Shown here: positions 9,096 through 18,074 of the stretch, piece by piece
How the letters are laid out: every line of letters begins with the position of its first letter
How positions within the stretch are numbered: the stretch's first letter is position 1
Virus record (IMG/VR): IMGVR_UViG_3300029868_000028
DNA length: 36,470 nucleotides
Strand: one strand, 5' to 3'
Origin: a virus
Made by a program: the position numbers and the translations under genes
Notes under the pieces: model-generated
What the model was told of the DNA's origin: nothing
Seen by the model: only the letters and a program-made list of their open reading frames with translations
The model's database searches: none

Positions 9096-9692
9096 ATGTT
9101 TGCTGAGCTAAGAAGATTGATTAATAATATTGTTTGTTTTGGGACTGTATCTCAAACAAAAAGTGCTGATGGTAAAGCTCTAGTGAGAATAAAGGTTATG
9201 GAAAGAGAGACTGATTTTTTACCAGTTGTCTCTTTTTCAAATAGCTTTAAAAAGCATTTTATACCAGTAAGAGTTGGTGAACAAGTAGTGATGTTTAGCC
9301 CTTTTGGTGAAGCTAATGGTGGTTTTATTTTACGAAGTATTTTTAATAAAAGTGCAAAAGAACCAGCACTAGCCAATGAACATACTGAAGTTATGGAATA
9401 TGAAGATGGAACTGTAATCAGTTATGACACTAAAGCAAAAGAGCTAAAGATTAATGCTAGTGATAAAATTACTATCATTTGTAAAGCTGCAACTGTTACA
9501 GCTGATACGGTTGTAATAACTGCTACTACTACAAACAATGGTGATGTAACAATAAATGGTAATTTAACGGTTAGCGGTGATATTGGTGCTGATGGAAACA
9601 TTAGCAGTGGTGGAACTATTGAAGATAGTAAGGGTGATTTAACTGCTCATACACATAGTACAACCGATGGTGCTACTGCACTTGCAAGGTAA
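9096..9692 (+). CDS. Baseplate assembly/spike protein, P2 gpV-like
   Basis: The pattern CFGTVSQ...ALVRIKV...LPVVSF...VGEQVVMFSPFGEANGGFIL matches gpV. The C-terminus has a G/T-rich beta-helix-like region. Confidence 0.7.
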   Translation: MFAELRRLINNIVCFGTVSQTKSADGKALVRIKVMERETDFLPVVSFSNSFKKHFIPVRVGEQVVMFSPFGEANGGFILRSIFNKSAKEPALANEHTEVMEYEDGTVISYDTKAKELKINASDKITIICKAATVTADTVVITATTTNNGDVTINGNLTVSGDIGADGNISSGGTIEDSKGDLTAHTHSTTDGATALAR

Positions 9693-9696
9693 CTAG

Positions 9697-9984
9697 ATGT
9701 ATAAAGTAGGATTAGTAAAAAGTATCAATCGAATTTTAAAGACACCTCTTAAAACTCGTGTAATGAGACCACCTTTTGGTAGTTTGCTTTATACACTAAA
9801 AGATAGAAAGTTTGATGAAGAGTATAAGCTTAAAGCTACTATGTACACATATGAAGCCATAAGCAGATATGACCCAAGAGTGAAGATTGAGAAAGTTGAT
9901 TTTAAAGTTAAACCAGTGAGTGGTGTTGTTGTTTTATCAATTACACTAGCTAATGGTGAAGTAATAGAGGTTGAAAATGATTAA
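9697..9984 (+). CDS. Baseplate wedge protein, P2 gpW / T4 gp25-like
   Basis: 95 aa with PFGSLLY...YEAISRYDPRV. Confidence 0.65.
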   Translation: MYKVGLVKSINRILKTPLKTRVMRPPFGSLLYTLKDRKFDEEYKLKATMYTYEAISRYDPRVKIEKVDFKVKPVSGVVVLSITLANGEVIEVEND

Positions 9985-11071
9985 TATAGCGAATTTACCA
10001 AAGCCCAATGTAATGCAAGTGCTAGATTTTGAAGATATTTTAAATCAAAATATAGCAAATTTTAAAACATTAGTGCCGGACTGGATACCTTTAGAGAGCG
10101 ATGAGTTTAAAATGATACTTGAGGCTTTTTCTTATAGAGAGCTTCATTTGAGAGCTGAGTTCAATACTCTAGCTAATGCTTTTTTTCTTTCAACTGCAAC
10201 TGGTAATGACCTTGATAATTATGCTGCATTTTATGGTGTAGAACGGCTTAGTGGTAGTAAGCCATATGTGGATTATGATTTTAGTTTAAGCGAACCATTA
10301 ACTCAAGATGTAGTGATACCAGCAAATTTAGTTTTAACTGATGAAAATAGTGTTTATGAAGCAAAGCTTTTAAGTGCTTTAACAATTTTCGCCGGCGAAA
10401 TTAAATCCACTGGTGCGGTTGAATTACAGATAGAAATATCAAGTAGTGATGTTAAAACTGAAATTATTACCACACCTTTACCTTTTGTGGTGGCTGCTTC
10501 AGCTACTGACATTTTTTCTAATGGTAGTAATGTTGAAAGTGATGAAGAGTTTAGAGCTAGAATACTTCTAAGTTTGGCTGATAAATCAACTGCTGGAAGT
10601 GAAGAAACTTATAAGTCGTTTACATTTAATTCAGATGAACGAATAGAAGATGTTGCAATATTAAGTGAAGCAGCTGGAACTGTGAATGTATATTATTACA
10701 GTTCATTAGCTGATGATTTAATGAAGACTAGAATAGTTGCTATGCTGAATAAAAAAGATGTTAGACCACTTACAGATAATGTTGTGGTCAATAAAGCAAC
10801 TGAAATAAATTTTAATATAACTGCTGAACTAAAGATATTACCAAACCAAGAAACTGCAACTGTTTATAGCAATGCAGCAGCTAGTTTAACTGCTGGTTTA
10901 AAATCACTTAAACAAATTGGTACTGACATAACATTGAGTGAAATAAATCAATTTCTAAAAGTGAATGGTGTTAAAGAAGTTGTAGTGACTGCACCAGTAG
11001 ATAATGTACTGATAGCTGATAGTGAGATAGGAGTGAATAGTGTTCCAACAATCACTTATACCATCATTTGA
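9971..11071 (+). CDS. Baseplate protein, P2 gpJ-like
   Basis: 366 aa, positioned between the gpW-like and gpI-like genes. Confidence 0.65.
   Translation: MKMINIANLPKPNVMQVLDFEDILNQNIANFKTLVPDWIPLESDEFKMILEAFSYRELHLRAEFNTLANAFFLSTATGNDLDNYAAFYGVERLSGSKPYVDYDFSLSEPLTQDVVIPANLVLTDENSVYEAKLLSALTIFAGEIKSTGAVELQIEISSSDVKTEIITTPLPFVVAASATDIFSNGSNVESDEEFRARILLSLADKSTAGSEETYKSFTFNSDERIEDVAILSEAAGTVNVYYYSSLADDLMKTRIVAMLNKKDVRPLTDNVVVNKATEINFNITAELKILPNQETATVYSNAAASLTAGLKSLKQIGTDITLSEINQFLKVNGVKEVVVTAPVDNVLIADSEIGVNSVPTITYTII
10387..10400. repeat. 14-bp palindrome TTTCGCCGGCGAAA, copy 2 (in the gpJ-like gene)
   Basis: Read directly from the sequence. Confidence 0.9.
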
Positions 11072-11573
11072 GGCTAAAGAGCTACATAGTTCTGATTTAG
11101 TAGCTGCTGATGTGCATAGTGCTTTATCAAGTGAGATAAAAGCATTTAAGAATTTAGCAAACCCTGAGCTGTGTGAATTAAAGTATCTACCTTTTTTAGC
11201 TTATGCTTTTAAGGTCGATTTTTGGGATGAAGATTTAAGTGAGAGTGATAAAAGAGCTTTGATAAAACAGAGCTTAGTTCTTCATAGATATAAAGGGACT
11301 GTTTGGGCTATTGAAAAAGTGTTTGAAGCCTTAAACCTTATCGCTACTACTTATGAGTGGTTTGATTATAACGGTGAACCGTATCACTTTAAAGTTGATA
11401 TTTCAATGCTAGACAAAGAAATTACAACAAAAAAAGTAGAAGACCTTATTAGATATATAGAAATCTTTAAGAATGTAAGAAGTGTTTTAGATGAGGTTTC
11501 TGTGAGTTATCTAATGTCAAATAATAAATTAATCGCAACCGGTTGTGTATGCGAAATAATGATGGGAGTTTAA
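11040..11573 (+). CDS. Tail protein, P2 gpI-like (GTG start)
   Basis: LPFLAYAFKVDFWDEDLSESDKRALIKQSLVLHRYKGTVWAIEKVFEAL is a typical gpI signature. Confidence 0.7.
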   Translation: MFQQSLIPSFEAKELHSSDLVAADVHSALSSEIKAFKNLANPELCELKYLPFLAYAFKVDFWDEDLSESDKRALIKQSLVLHRYKGTVWAIEKVFEALNLIATTYEWFDYNGEPYHFKVDISMLDKEITTKKVEDLIRYIEIFKNVRSVLDEVSVSYLMSNNKLIATGCVCEIMMGV

Positions 11574-11574
11574 A

Positions 11575-12036
11575 ATGATTGGTGAAGTAACTGTAACAAA
11601 TGATGGCTTAGCTGCACTAGCTACTTCATTGCAAGATGGAACACAAATAAAGCCACTTAGATTTGGCTTTTCAAATCAAATTCTTAGCGGTGACATTACT
11701 GCATATAAAGCAAGTGATGTTAACTGCTGGATACAAGGGAGTATAAAAGCGGTAAACAAAATTAGTAATGACATAGTTGAGTTTGTATGTGATGTTGCAC
11801 CAAATGAGGCTGTAGATTATGCAAGAACTGCAGTAATTTATTTAGATGATGAATTACTGTTTGTAATTGCTCAGCCACCTTATGCAATGCCACCAAGTGC
11901 AAGACAAATTATTAAAATTCAAATAGCTTATGCGAATATTGAAAGTTTAACAGATTTTATTTTTATTGAAACAGATATTACTGAGTATAAAAGTAAGTTT
12001 GAAAAATGGGATTTTATTGGCATTAAACCATGGTAA
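11575..12036 (+). CDS. Tail-collar/fibre proximal protein
   Basis: The N-terminus TVTNDGLAALA...IKPLRFGFS resembles the N-terminal domains of P2-type fibres. Confidence 0.5.
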   Translation: MIGEVTVTNDGLAALATSLQDGTQIKPLRFGFSNQILSGDITAYKASDVNCWIQGSIKAVNKISNDIVEFVCDVAPNEAVDYARTAVIYLDDELLFVIAQPPYAMPPSARQIIKIQIAYANIESLTDFIFIETDITEYKSKFEKWDFIGIKPW

Positions 12037-12048
12037 AGGAGAAATAAC

Positions 12049-13398
12049 ATGGCAGATATAAAAACAGCACAACAAACATTAGTGCGAAAAATACAAGAAA
12101 CAGCTGAGAGTACAAGCGACTTAGAAAAGTTAGCTTATGCTTCATCCGGTCTCGAAAAGTTAGCTAGTCAATCATTTGATACTTATATGGCTAGTGATAT
12201 GTTTAGTATCGGTAAGGTTGGTGAACAAGGCTTTGGTGTAGCAGCTATTGCTGATGAAGATTTACCAGCTGGGTTTGTAAAACTATATGGTCACGATGAT
12301 ATTACAAGTCCAAACTATGGAAATGTTTTAGACAATAATGGTTCTACTATGGTTTGGGTACCTAAGTTTTATTTTAAGATTGATGGTAATGTAGTATTTA
12401 TTTCAGATATTCAAGAAACTGGATATGTAATACACCGTGCTTTTGTTGACAATGGAATTAAAAAAGGCTTTTTTGTAGATAAATATGGGTGTGGTAATGT
12501 CGGTGGTAAGTTTATATCTAAACAAGGGATTGACCCATGTTCTACAAACTCAGCACACAACCCTATTAGTGCTTTAAACAATATACCAGCTAATAACTAT
12601 GGTGGACTTTATACAGCTGTAAAAACAAGAGGTAGTATTTTTGGACTTACTTCAGTATTTATTTACAAAGCTTTAGCACTATTAGCATATGCACAAGGTC
12701 AAGCAGCTACAAGTTCAGCAAACTGTGCCTTTATAGATGTTAACCCAAAAATGCCAAAAGGTAATTTAGTAAGTGCCTTACATGATGTAAATGATACGAG
12801 TGTAGTTTTTACTGCTAGTGGCTATTCAGATTGTGCCTTAACTGGTAGCGGTAATCCATTTGCAAAAACTACACACAATGGTCAATCATGTGGTGTTGCT
12901 GATTTAAATGGAAACATGTGGGAAGTAGCTAGTGGATTTATTCTTTTAGAAACTGTAGCTGCTTCACCGGCACCAACTGATTTTAGAGTACTCAAAGAAA
13001 CGGTTTCTATTGCTGATTTAGCAACTGATACTGAGGCTTACACTTCAGCTAATTATGACACTATTGATTTAACTGATTTAATCCCAGTTAACGAAACTGG
13101 TACATCGGTGTATTTTGGTAATGGTGTAAATCAAGTGTTTGCAATGAGTACAGATACAAATTCAGACCTTTATAAAAGAACTGCAATAGGTATTCCTATA
13201 GCTGATGGTGTTAGTGCTGCTGGTACTACTCAGTTTGGTAATGATTACTTATATAAGTATTTTAGAAATGAAATGGCTTGTATCGTCGGTGGGCATTGGG
13301 GTGACTCTTCTAGTGCCGGTGTTTTTGCTATGTATTTGAGCGCTAGCCGTCCTGGCTCGAGCGGCGCTGTGGGTGGTCGTGCCTCTTGTTTTGTGTAG
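12049..13398 (+). CDS. DGR target protein 1: fibre-tip/receptor-binding protein with a C-terminal FGE/C-type-lectin-like variable region
   Basis: The last about 37 codons (ACIVGGHWGDSSSAGVFAMYLSASRPGSSGAVGGRAS) are VR1. The body (WVPKFYF, HRAF, GFFVDKYGCGN) is paralogous to 26972..28069. Confidence 0.85.
   Translation: MADIKTAQQTLVRKIQETAESTSDLEKLAYASSGLEKLASQSFDTYMASDMFSIGKVGEQGFGVAAIADEDLPAGFVKLYGHDDITSPNYGNVLDNNGSTMVWVPKFYFKIDGNVVFISDIQETGYVIHRAFVDNGIKKGFFVDKYGCGNVGGKFISKQGIDPCSTNSAHNPISALNNIPANNYGGLYTAVKTRGSIFGLTSVFIYKALALLAYAQGQAATSSANCAFIDVNPKMPKGNLVSALHDVNDTSVVFTASGYSDCALTGSGNPFAKTTHNGQSCGVADLNGNMWEVASGFILLETVAASPAPTDFRVLKETVSIADLATDTEAYTSANYDTIDLTDLIPVNETGTSVYFGNGVNQVFAMSTDTNSDLYKRTAIGIPIADGVSAAGTTQFGNDYLYKYFRNEMACIVGGHWGDSSSAGVFAMYLSASRPGSSGAVGGRASCFV
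13276..13386 (+). repeat. DGR variable region VR1
   Basis: A 111-bp hand alignment to the TR gives 18 mismatches at TR adenines, one T>G, and one G>C in the 3' IMH-like end. Confidence 0.85.
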
Positions 13399-13426
13399 TA
13401 GTAAGCGATAGCGAGCGGATGAAGTA

Positions 13427-13819
13427 ATGGCAGTTCATAGTGAAGCAATTTTAAATAGGAAGTATATGGAAATGATGAAGTTATTAAATATTTATTTAAA
13501 CCATTTTCCAAGATTTGAAAAATATGCACTAGCAAACAACATTAGAAATACTGCATATGATGTTTATGATTTAATCACAGAATGTCAAAAACGGTATTAC
13601 AAAAAGACTTCACTAACTGAGCTTGATGTTACACATCAAAAGCTAAGAATGCAAATATATCTAGCTAATGAGCTTAATTATTTTGCTTTTAGAAATGGTA
13701 AAACAGATGTTAATGTTAATCCGGCACAAAGATTTTTATCAATCTCTTCTCTTATTGATGAGATAGGTAAATTGATAGGTGCTTGGATAAATAAATTAAA
13801 AGAAATGGGTAAGTTTTAA
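13427..13819 (+). CDS. avd: DGR accessory variability determinant (Avd-like four-helix-bundle protein)
   Basis: 130 aa (possibly a shorter start at ATG 13466). It has the HFPRFEKYALANNIRNTAYDVYDLITEC motif and lies between target and TR/RT. Confidence 0.75.
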   Translation: MAVHSEAILNRKYMEMMKLLNIYLNHFPRFEKYALANNIRNTAYDVYDLITECQKRYYKKTSLTELDVTHQKLRMQIYLANELNYFAFRNGKTDVNVNPAQRFLSISSLIDEIGKLIGAWINKLKEMGKF

Positions 13820-13854
13820 AGATGAAAGATTTAGGGCAATGTAGCAATATGAAA

Positions 13855-13965
13855 GCTTGTATCGTCGGTGGTAATTGGAGTAACTCTTCTAATGCCGGTG
13901 TTTTTGCTATGAATTTGAACAATAACCGTACTAACTCGAACAACAATGTGGGTGGTCGTGACTGT
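13855..13965 (+). repeat. DGR template repeat (TR)
   Basis: It matches VR1 and VR2. It holds 27 adenines and 11 AAY (Asn) codons in the VR reading frame. Its 3' end gtgggtggtcgtgACTGT differs from gtgggtggtcgtgCCTCT in both VRs (IMH* versus IMH). Confidence 0.85.
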
Positions 13966-13986
13966 ATTTCCAAACCTGAAACAACA

Positions 13987-15093
13987 ATGGTTGATACTGG
14001 AAATAGAGGGGTATATTGTCCTGGGATAACCGAAATCAAAATAGAAGAGAGTCTTTTTAGTAGCAATGTCGAAAAACAGACTGTCTCACAAAAATCTAAA
14101 AGAATTGGACATCTTTTTGAAAAAGCTTTTACTATGGAAAATCTGTATTTAGCCTATTTAGACGCAAGAAAAGGTAAGCGAAAAAAGAGGTCTACACTAA
14201 AGTTTGATATTAACCTTGGTGCTGAACTAAAAACACTTTGTGAAGAAATAAATGGTGGCACTTATAAGCCAAGACCATATTCTCAATTTTATGTATATGA
14301 ACCAAAAAAGAGATTAATAAATGCACCAGCATTTAGAGACCTAGTTGTGCAGCACTGTATTTACAGAGCCATATATGACACTTTTGATAAGAGTTTTGTT
14401 CATACATCATATGCTTGTAGAAAAGGTGGTGGTACTCATAAGGCTAGTGAATATACACAAAGAGAGATGAGAAAATACAATGGTGAGCTGTATTTTGTTA
14501 AGTTGGATATTCGTAAATTCTTTTACTCTATTGATAGAAATATATTAAGAGGTTTTTTTGAAAAAAAGATTAAAGATAAAAGGTTTGTAAACATTATGTG
14601 TGAATTTGCTGAGATGAATGGTGATAAAGGTATTCCTATAGGAAACCTACTATCTCAGATTTATGCACTTATTTATCTTAATCCATTAGACCATTTTATT
14701 AAAAGAGAATTGAAAGTTAAAAGCTATGTAAGGTATGTAGATGATTTTGTTTTGATAGGACTTACTTTAGAAAAAGCAAAAGAGTTTCAAGCTCGTTGTG
14801 AAAAGTTTGTACAAGATAATCTTAATCTTGAATTATCGCACTGGCATATTCAAAAGATTAAAAAAGGAATTAACTTTGTTGGTTATCGGACTTGGAAAAA
14901 GATTAAATTTGTAAGAAAACATAGCATGTATAAGTTTAAAAAGTTTGCAAAGAAGTCAAAAATAGAGTCAATAATTTCTCTTATTGGTCATGCAAAAGGC
15001 ACAGGTAGCATTGTGTATTTTCGGAAGATATGTATTGAGTCAAAAATCGTAAATTTATTACCAAAAAGGAGTGTATCGTGTTTAAATATGTAA
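13987..15093 (+). CDS. DGR reverse transcriptase (the start is uncertain; the open frame extends back to 13822 through the TR)
   Basis: Motifs present are IGNLLSQIYALIYLNPLDHF, YVRYVDDFVLIG (YxDD) and an N-terminal LFEKAFTMENLYLAYLDARKGKRKK. Confidence 0.85.
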   Translation: MVDTGNRGVYCPGITEIKIEESLFSSNVEKQTVSQKSKRIGHLFEKAFTMENLYLAYLDARKGKRKKRSTLKFDINLGAELKTLCEEINGGTYKPRPYSQFYVYEPKKRLINAPAFRDLVVQHCIYRAIYDTFDKSFVHTSYACRKGGGTHKASEYTQREMRKYNGELYFVKLDIRKFFYSIDRNILRGFFEKKIKDKRFVNIMCEFAEMNGDKGIPIGNLLSQIYALIYLNPLDHFIKRELKVKSYVRYVDDFVLIGLTLEKAKEFQARCEKFVQDNLNLELSHWHIQKIKKGINFVGYRTWKKIKFVRKHSMYKFKKFAKKSKIESIISLIGHAKGTGSIVYFRKICIESKIVNLLPKRSVSCLNM

Positions 15094-15599
15094 GTTATGA
15101 AAAAGTAGAAACTGAACATACAGTTTTAGAATTTAGAGGTGGTGATGATATTATCAAAGTGAAGCACTATGATGTACCAGTAGTAAGTATTGAAGCTGAT
15201 ATTGAAGCTGATATTGATAGCTTGATAGCTCAGCAACCAGCTGAAATTAAGTGTACTGAACTTGTTAGAGCTGATTTTATTGCTATTACAAAAGATACTG
15301 CACAAACAAAAAGAGCATTAGTGCAAATTAACGATGTATTTGAAAGTAGTGTTAATGCTTTAAGTGATGGTGTTCCGGATAACGAAAGATTATCATGGGA
15401 TAAGCAAGAAGCTGAAGCTAGAGCTTTTGTAGCTGCTTCAACAGCTGCTACACCACTGATTGATAATTTAGCTTTAGCTAGAGGAATTGATAAGGCTTAT
15501 TTAGTATCTAAAATTATTGAAAAAGCTGATTTATCTTCAGTGGCAGTTGGCACATTGGTTGGTGAAAGACAAAAAAAAGAAGATGAGCTTTTAGCATGA
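15078..15599 (+). CDS. Hypothetical protein, possibly tail-fibre assembly/chaperone-like (GTG start with AGGAG RBS)
   Basis: It sits after the fibre/DGR module. It contains an ERLSWDKQEAEARAF motif and an internal 12-bp tandem repeat (IEADIEADID). Confidence 0.3.
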   Translation: MFKYVSYEKVETEHTVLEFRGGDDIIKVKHYDVPVVSIEADIEADIDSLIAQQPAEIKCTELVRADFIAITKDTAQTKRALVQINDVFESSVNALSDGVPDNERLSWDKQEAEARAFVAASTAATPLIDNLALARGIDKAYLVSKIIEKADLSSVAVGTLVGERQKKEDELLA

Positions 15600-15925
15600 T
15601 TTACTCTCAAGTAATTGTACAACCACTAAAAGGTGATAAGTATAAATTACTTGAGGATTTTCAATATAAAACTGTATTAGTACCCAAGGGGTATAAAACA
15701 AATGGTGCAAATATTCCAAGATTATTCTGGGCTATTTACCCACCAAATAAAAGTGACTTTTTACCAGCTGTAATCATTCACGATTATTTATGTGACAAGG
15801 AGGAGTATAAAAAAGCTGATGATTTGTTTGAAGAGTGTTTAAGAGAGTTGGGTGTAACAAGTTTTGATTTAACTGTACTGGTTAAGAGTGTACGGATATA
15901 TCATAAGATTAAATATAAAATCTAA
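15596..15925 (+). CDS. DUF1353-like protein
   Basis: The pattern VPKGYKTNGANIPRLFW...PAVIIHDYLC resembles DUF1353 (from recall). Confidence 0.5.
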   Translation: MIYSQVIVQPLKGDKYKLLEDFQYKTVLVPKGYKTNGANIPRLFWAIYPPNKSDFLPAVIIHDYLCDKEEYKKADDLFEECLRELGVTSFDLTVLVKSVRIYHKIKYKI

Positions 15926-15942
15926 TAAGAGAGGTAAATATT

Positions 15943-17067
15943 ATGGATTTAAATTTTGGTATTAATGGTAGCTTTGATGTAGCTGCTGCAAGACCTATAA
16001 CAATTAGTAGTTCTACACCTATTGGTATAGTAGCAACTGCTAATAATGGTGCAACTGGACTTATGAAGTTCAATAATGCAGATGATGGATTACAGTATGT
16101 AACTGATAATCTTATTACAGATGGTACTTTAGAGATAGCTCTAATTGGTATTTCACTTCAAGGTGTTAACTGTCCTATTGTTGTTCATGTGTCAACACTT
16201 GATGAAGTCACTGAAGCAAACAATATAACTAATGTTTTAGCTGGTCTTGACTTACTAAAGCAATCAGACCCAGTAACTGGCATTGATTTAAAAAATGGTT
16301 TGATTATCGTACCTGAGTATTCAGCTGATTTAACAGTAGCTGCTAAGATGGATAGTATCGCTTCAGTTCTTTGGATGACTGGTATTACAGATAACTTTAG
16401 TGCTGATGAAGCTGGTGTTGTTGATTTTGCTAGTAACTTTGGTAGTAAGTATCTATTGCTTGGTACTGGTAGATATAATGCAGATGGTAAATTAATACCG
16501 TTCAGTTCACTTATGGCTGGTCTTATTGCTTACCATGATGGTAATACATCTTATGGGTGGGCTAAAAACCACTCAAACAGAATAGCAAAAGGTGTCGCTG
16601 GTACTGAAAGAGTCATTGAGTACCTTGATGGTTCAGACTGTGAAGCTCGAAGACTAAGACAAAATTCTGTAGCAATGGTGCTAAAAGATGTTGGTTGGAG
16701 AACATACGGTTTTGAAACTACTGATATTGACCCTATTTGGCAAAGCCTTGATAGAGTTAGAACTTTTCACCGCCTTTTAGCAGCTATTTTAGCAGCTAAT
16801 AAATGGGCTAGAGATAGAGAGGCTGACCAATTAATTTGGGTTAAGAAATCTATCGTAGAGTTTATGAATGAACTTAAAGGTAATAATGTAATTATTGGTT
16901 TTGATGTGTTCTTTGACCCTGAAAAAAATACAGCTGCAACTGTTACAGCTGGTAAGTTTTATTTAACTGTATTGGTTCAAGATATGCCAAGTATCAGAGA
17001 ATTAAATATTGAATTAGTTTACTCAGACAACTGGGGCGAAACTTTAATAAATTACATTAACGGTTAA
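15943..17067 (+). CDS. Contractile tail sheath protein (P2 FI-like)
   Basis: 374 aa, directly upstream of the tube gene. Confidence 0.7.
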   Translation: MDLNFGINGSFDVAAARPITISSSTPIGIVATANNGATGLMKFNNADDGLQYVTDNLITDGTLEIALIGISLQGVNCPIVVHVSTLDEVTEANNITNVLAGLDLLKQSDPVTGIDLKNGLIIVPEYSADLTVAAKMDSIASVLWMTGITDNFSADEAGVVDFASNFGSKYLLLGTGRYNADGKLIPFSSLMAGLIAYHDGNTSYGWAKNHSNRIAKGVAGTERVIEYLDGSDCEARRLRQNSVAMVLKDVGWRTYGFETTDIDPIWQSLDRVRTFHRLLAAILAANKWARDREADQLIWVKKSIVEFMNELKGNNVIIGFDVFFDPEKNTAATVTAGKFYLTVLVQDMPSIRELNIELVYSDNWGETLINYING

Positions 17068-17081
17068 GGAGAAAATATATT

Positions 17082-17582
17082 ATGAAATATCCACAAACTT
17101 TAAAAGATATTAATATCTTTGTGGATGGCTTAGGTCATCTAGGAACATCTAAGGAAATTAAATTACCTACAATCAAGCAGAAAAAGCAATCTGTATCAGC
17201 TGGTGGTTTTGAACAAGATATTGATATAGGTATGTTTGAAAAGCTTGAAGCCGATTTTACTATAAATGAATACAGTCCTATTATCTTTGCAGCAATGGTT
17301 GCAGGGATGGCAACGGGTGCCGGTGTAAATATTACTTGTAAAGCAAGCATTATACAAGGCGGTAAATCTCTAGCAGCCGTGGCAACACTTCAAGGTACTA
17401 TAGAAGTTGATGATGGTACTTGGAAAGCTGGAGCCGAAGTAGAACGAAAAGTTAAAATGAATGTGAATAGATACATTTTAGAAATTGATGGTAAGCAAGG
17501 TTTGTCTTTTGACACTAGAAATATGATAGCTGTGATTGATGGTGTAGACTATTTGGCAGACCTTAGAACACATATCCAATAA
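17082..17582 (+). CDS. Tail tube protein (P2 FII-like)
   Basis: The N-terminus LKDINIFVDGLGHLGTSKEIKLPTIKQK...GGFEQDIDIGMFEKLEADFTINEY is an FII-like signature. Confidence 0.8.
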   Translation: MKYPQTLKDINIFVDGLGHLGTSKEIKLPTIKQKKQSVSAGGFEQDIDIGMFEKLEADFTINEYSPIIFAAMVAGMATGAGVNITCKASIIQGGKSLAAVATLQGTIEVDDGTWKAGAEVERKVKMNVNRYILEIDGKQGLSFDTRNMIAVIDGVDYLADLRTHIQ

Positions 17583-17589
17583 AGGGGAA

Positions 17590-17805
17590 ATGATGAAAAA
17601 AATTAAATTAAGTACTGGTGTAGAAGTAGAGATGAGAGAGCCAAAGGTTAGAGACATGAGAGTGGTATCAACTGAGGCAAATGAACAACTACAAGAGATT
17701 AAGCTAGTGGCTAACCTTACTGGTATGACTGTAGATGAGATTGATGATTTGTCATTAAGGGATTATGCTCTTTTTAGTGAGGGTCTTAAAAGTTTTTTGT
17801 CTTAG
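17590..17805 (+). CDS. Tail assembly chaperone (P2 gpE-like)
   Basis: 71 aa with VEMREPKVRDM. The gene lies between the tube and tape-measure genes. Confidence 0.7.
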   Translation: MMKKIKLSTGVEVEMREPKVRDMRVVSTEANEQLQEIKLVANLTGMTVDEIDDLSLRDYALFSEGLKSFLS

Positions 17806-17939
17806 AATGGAAAAATGTAAAAAAGGGAATGGCTTTAATCGGTCACTCCTTACATTTTTCCTATAACGATATGATGAAAATGAGTATAAAAGATTTTTTA
17901 GATTTTGTGGATGAGGCTAAGCTTTTTGTTGCAAAGTGA
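17590..17939 (+). CDS. Tail assembly chaperone -1 frameshift product (gpE+E'-like)
   Basis: A slippery T TTT TTG heptamer lies at 17793..17799, two codons before the E stop. The -1 frame is open to TGA 17937..17939. Confidence 0.6.
17793..17799 (+). promoter_or_regulatory. Programmed -1 ribosomal frameshift slippery heptamer TTTTTTG
   Basis: Read directly from the sequence. It is the same heptamer type as in P2 E/E'. Confidence 0.6.
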
Positions 17940-18074
17940 ATTTTTTATAAAAAAATAAAACAAACCCAAACGCAAGGGTAAATAAACCTAGTAAGTTTTC
18001 ATCTACTTTTTTAATATCAGCTATGAAAATGATTGATACAAATAATAATAAGGTCATTAATATTGATTTTATAA

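Noticed and set aside
13245-14066. Minus-strand ORFs 13245..13535 and 13752..14066 sharing an AKTPALEE peptide
   Set aside because: Their similarity comes only from antisense reading of VR1 and the TR. Both overlap well-supported plus-strand genes.
15186-15222. Tandem 12-bp repeat (ATTGAAGCTGAT x2.5, encoding IEADIEADID)
   Set aside because: It is a short in-frame duplication within a hypothetical protein, with no sign of a larger array or a regulatory role.
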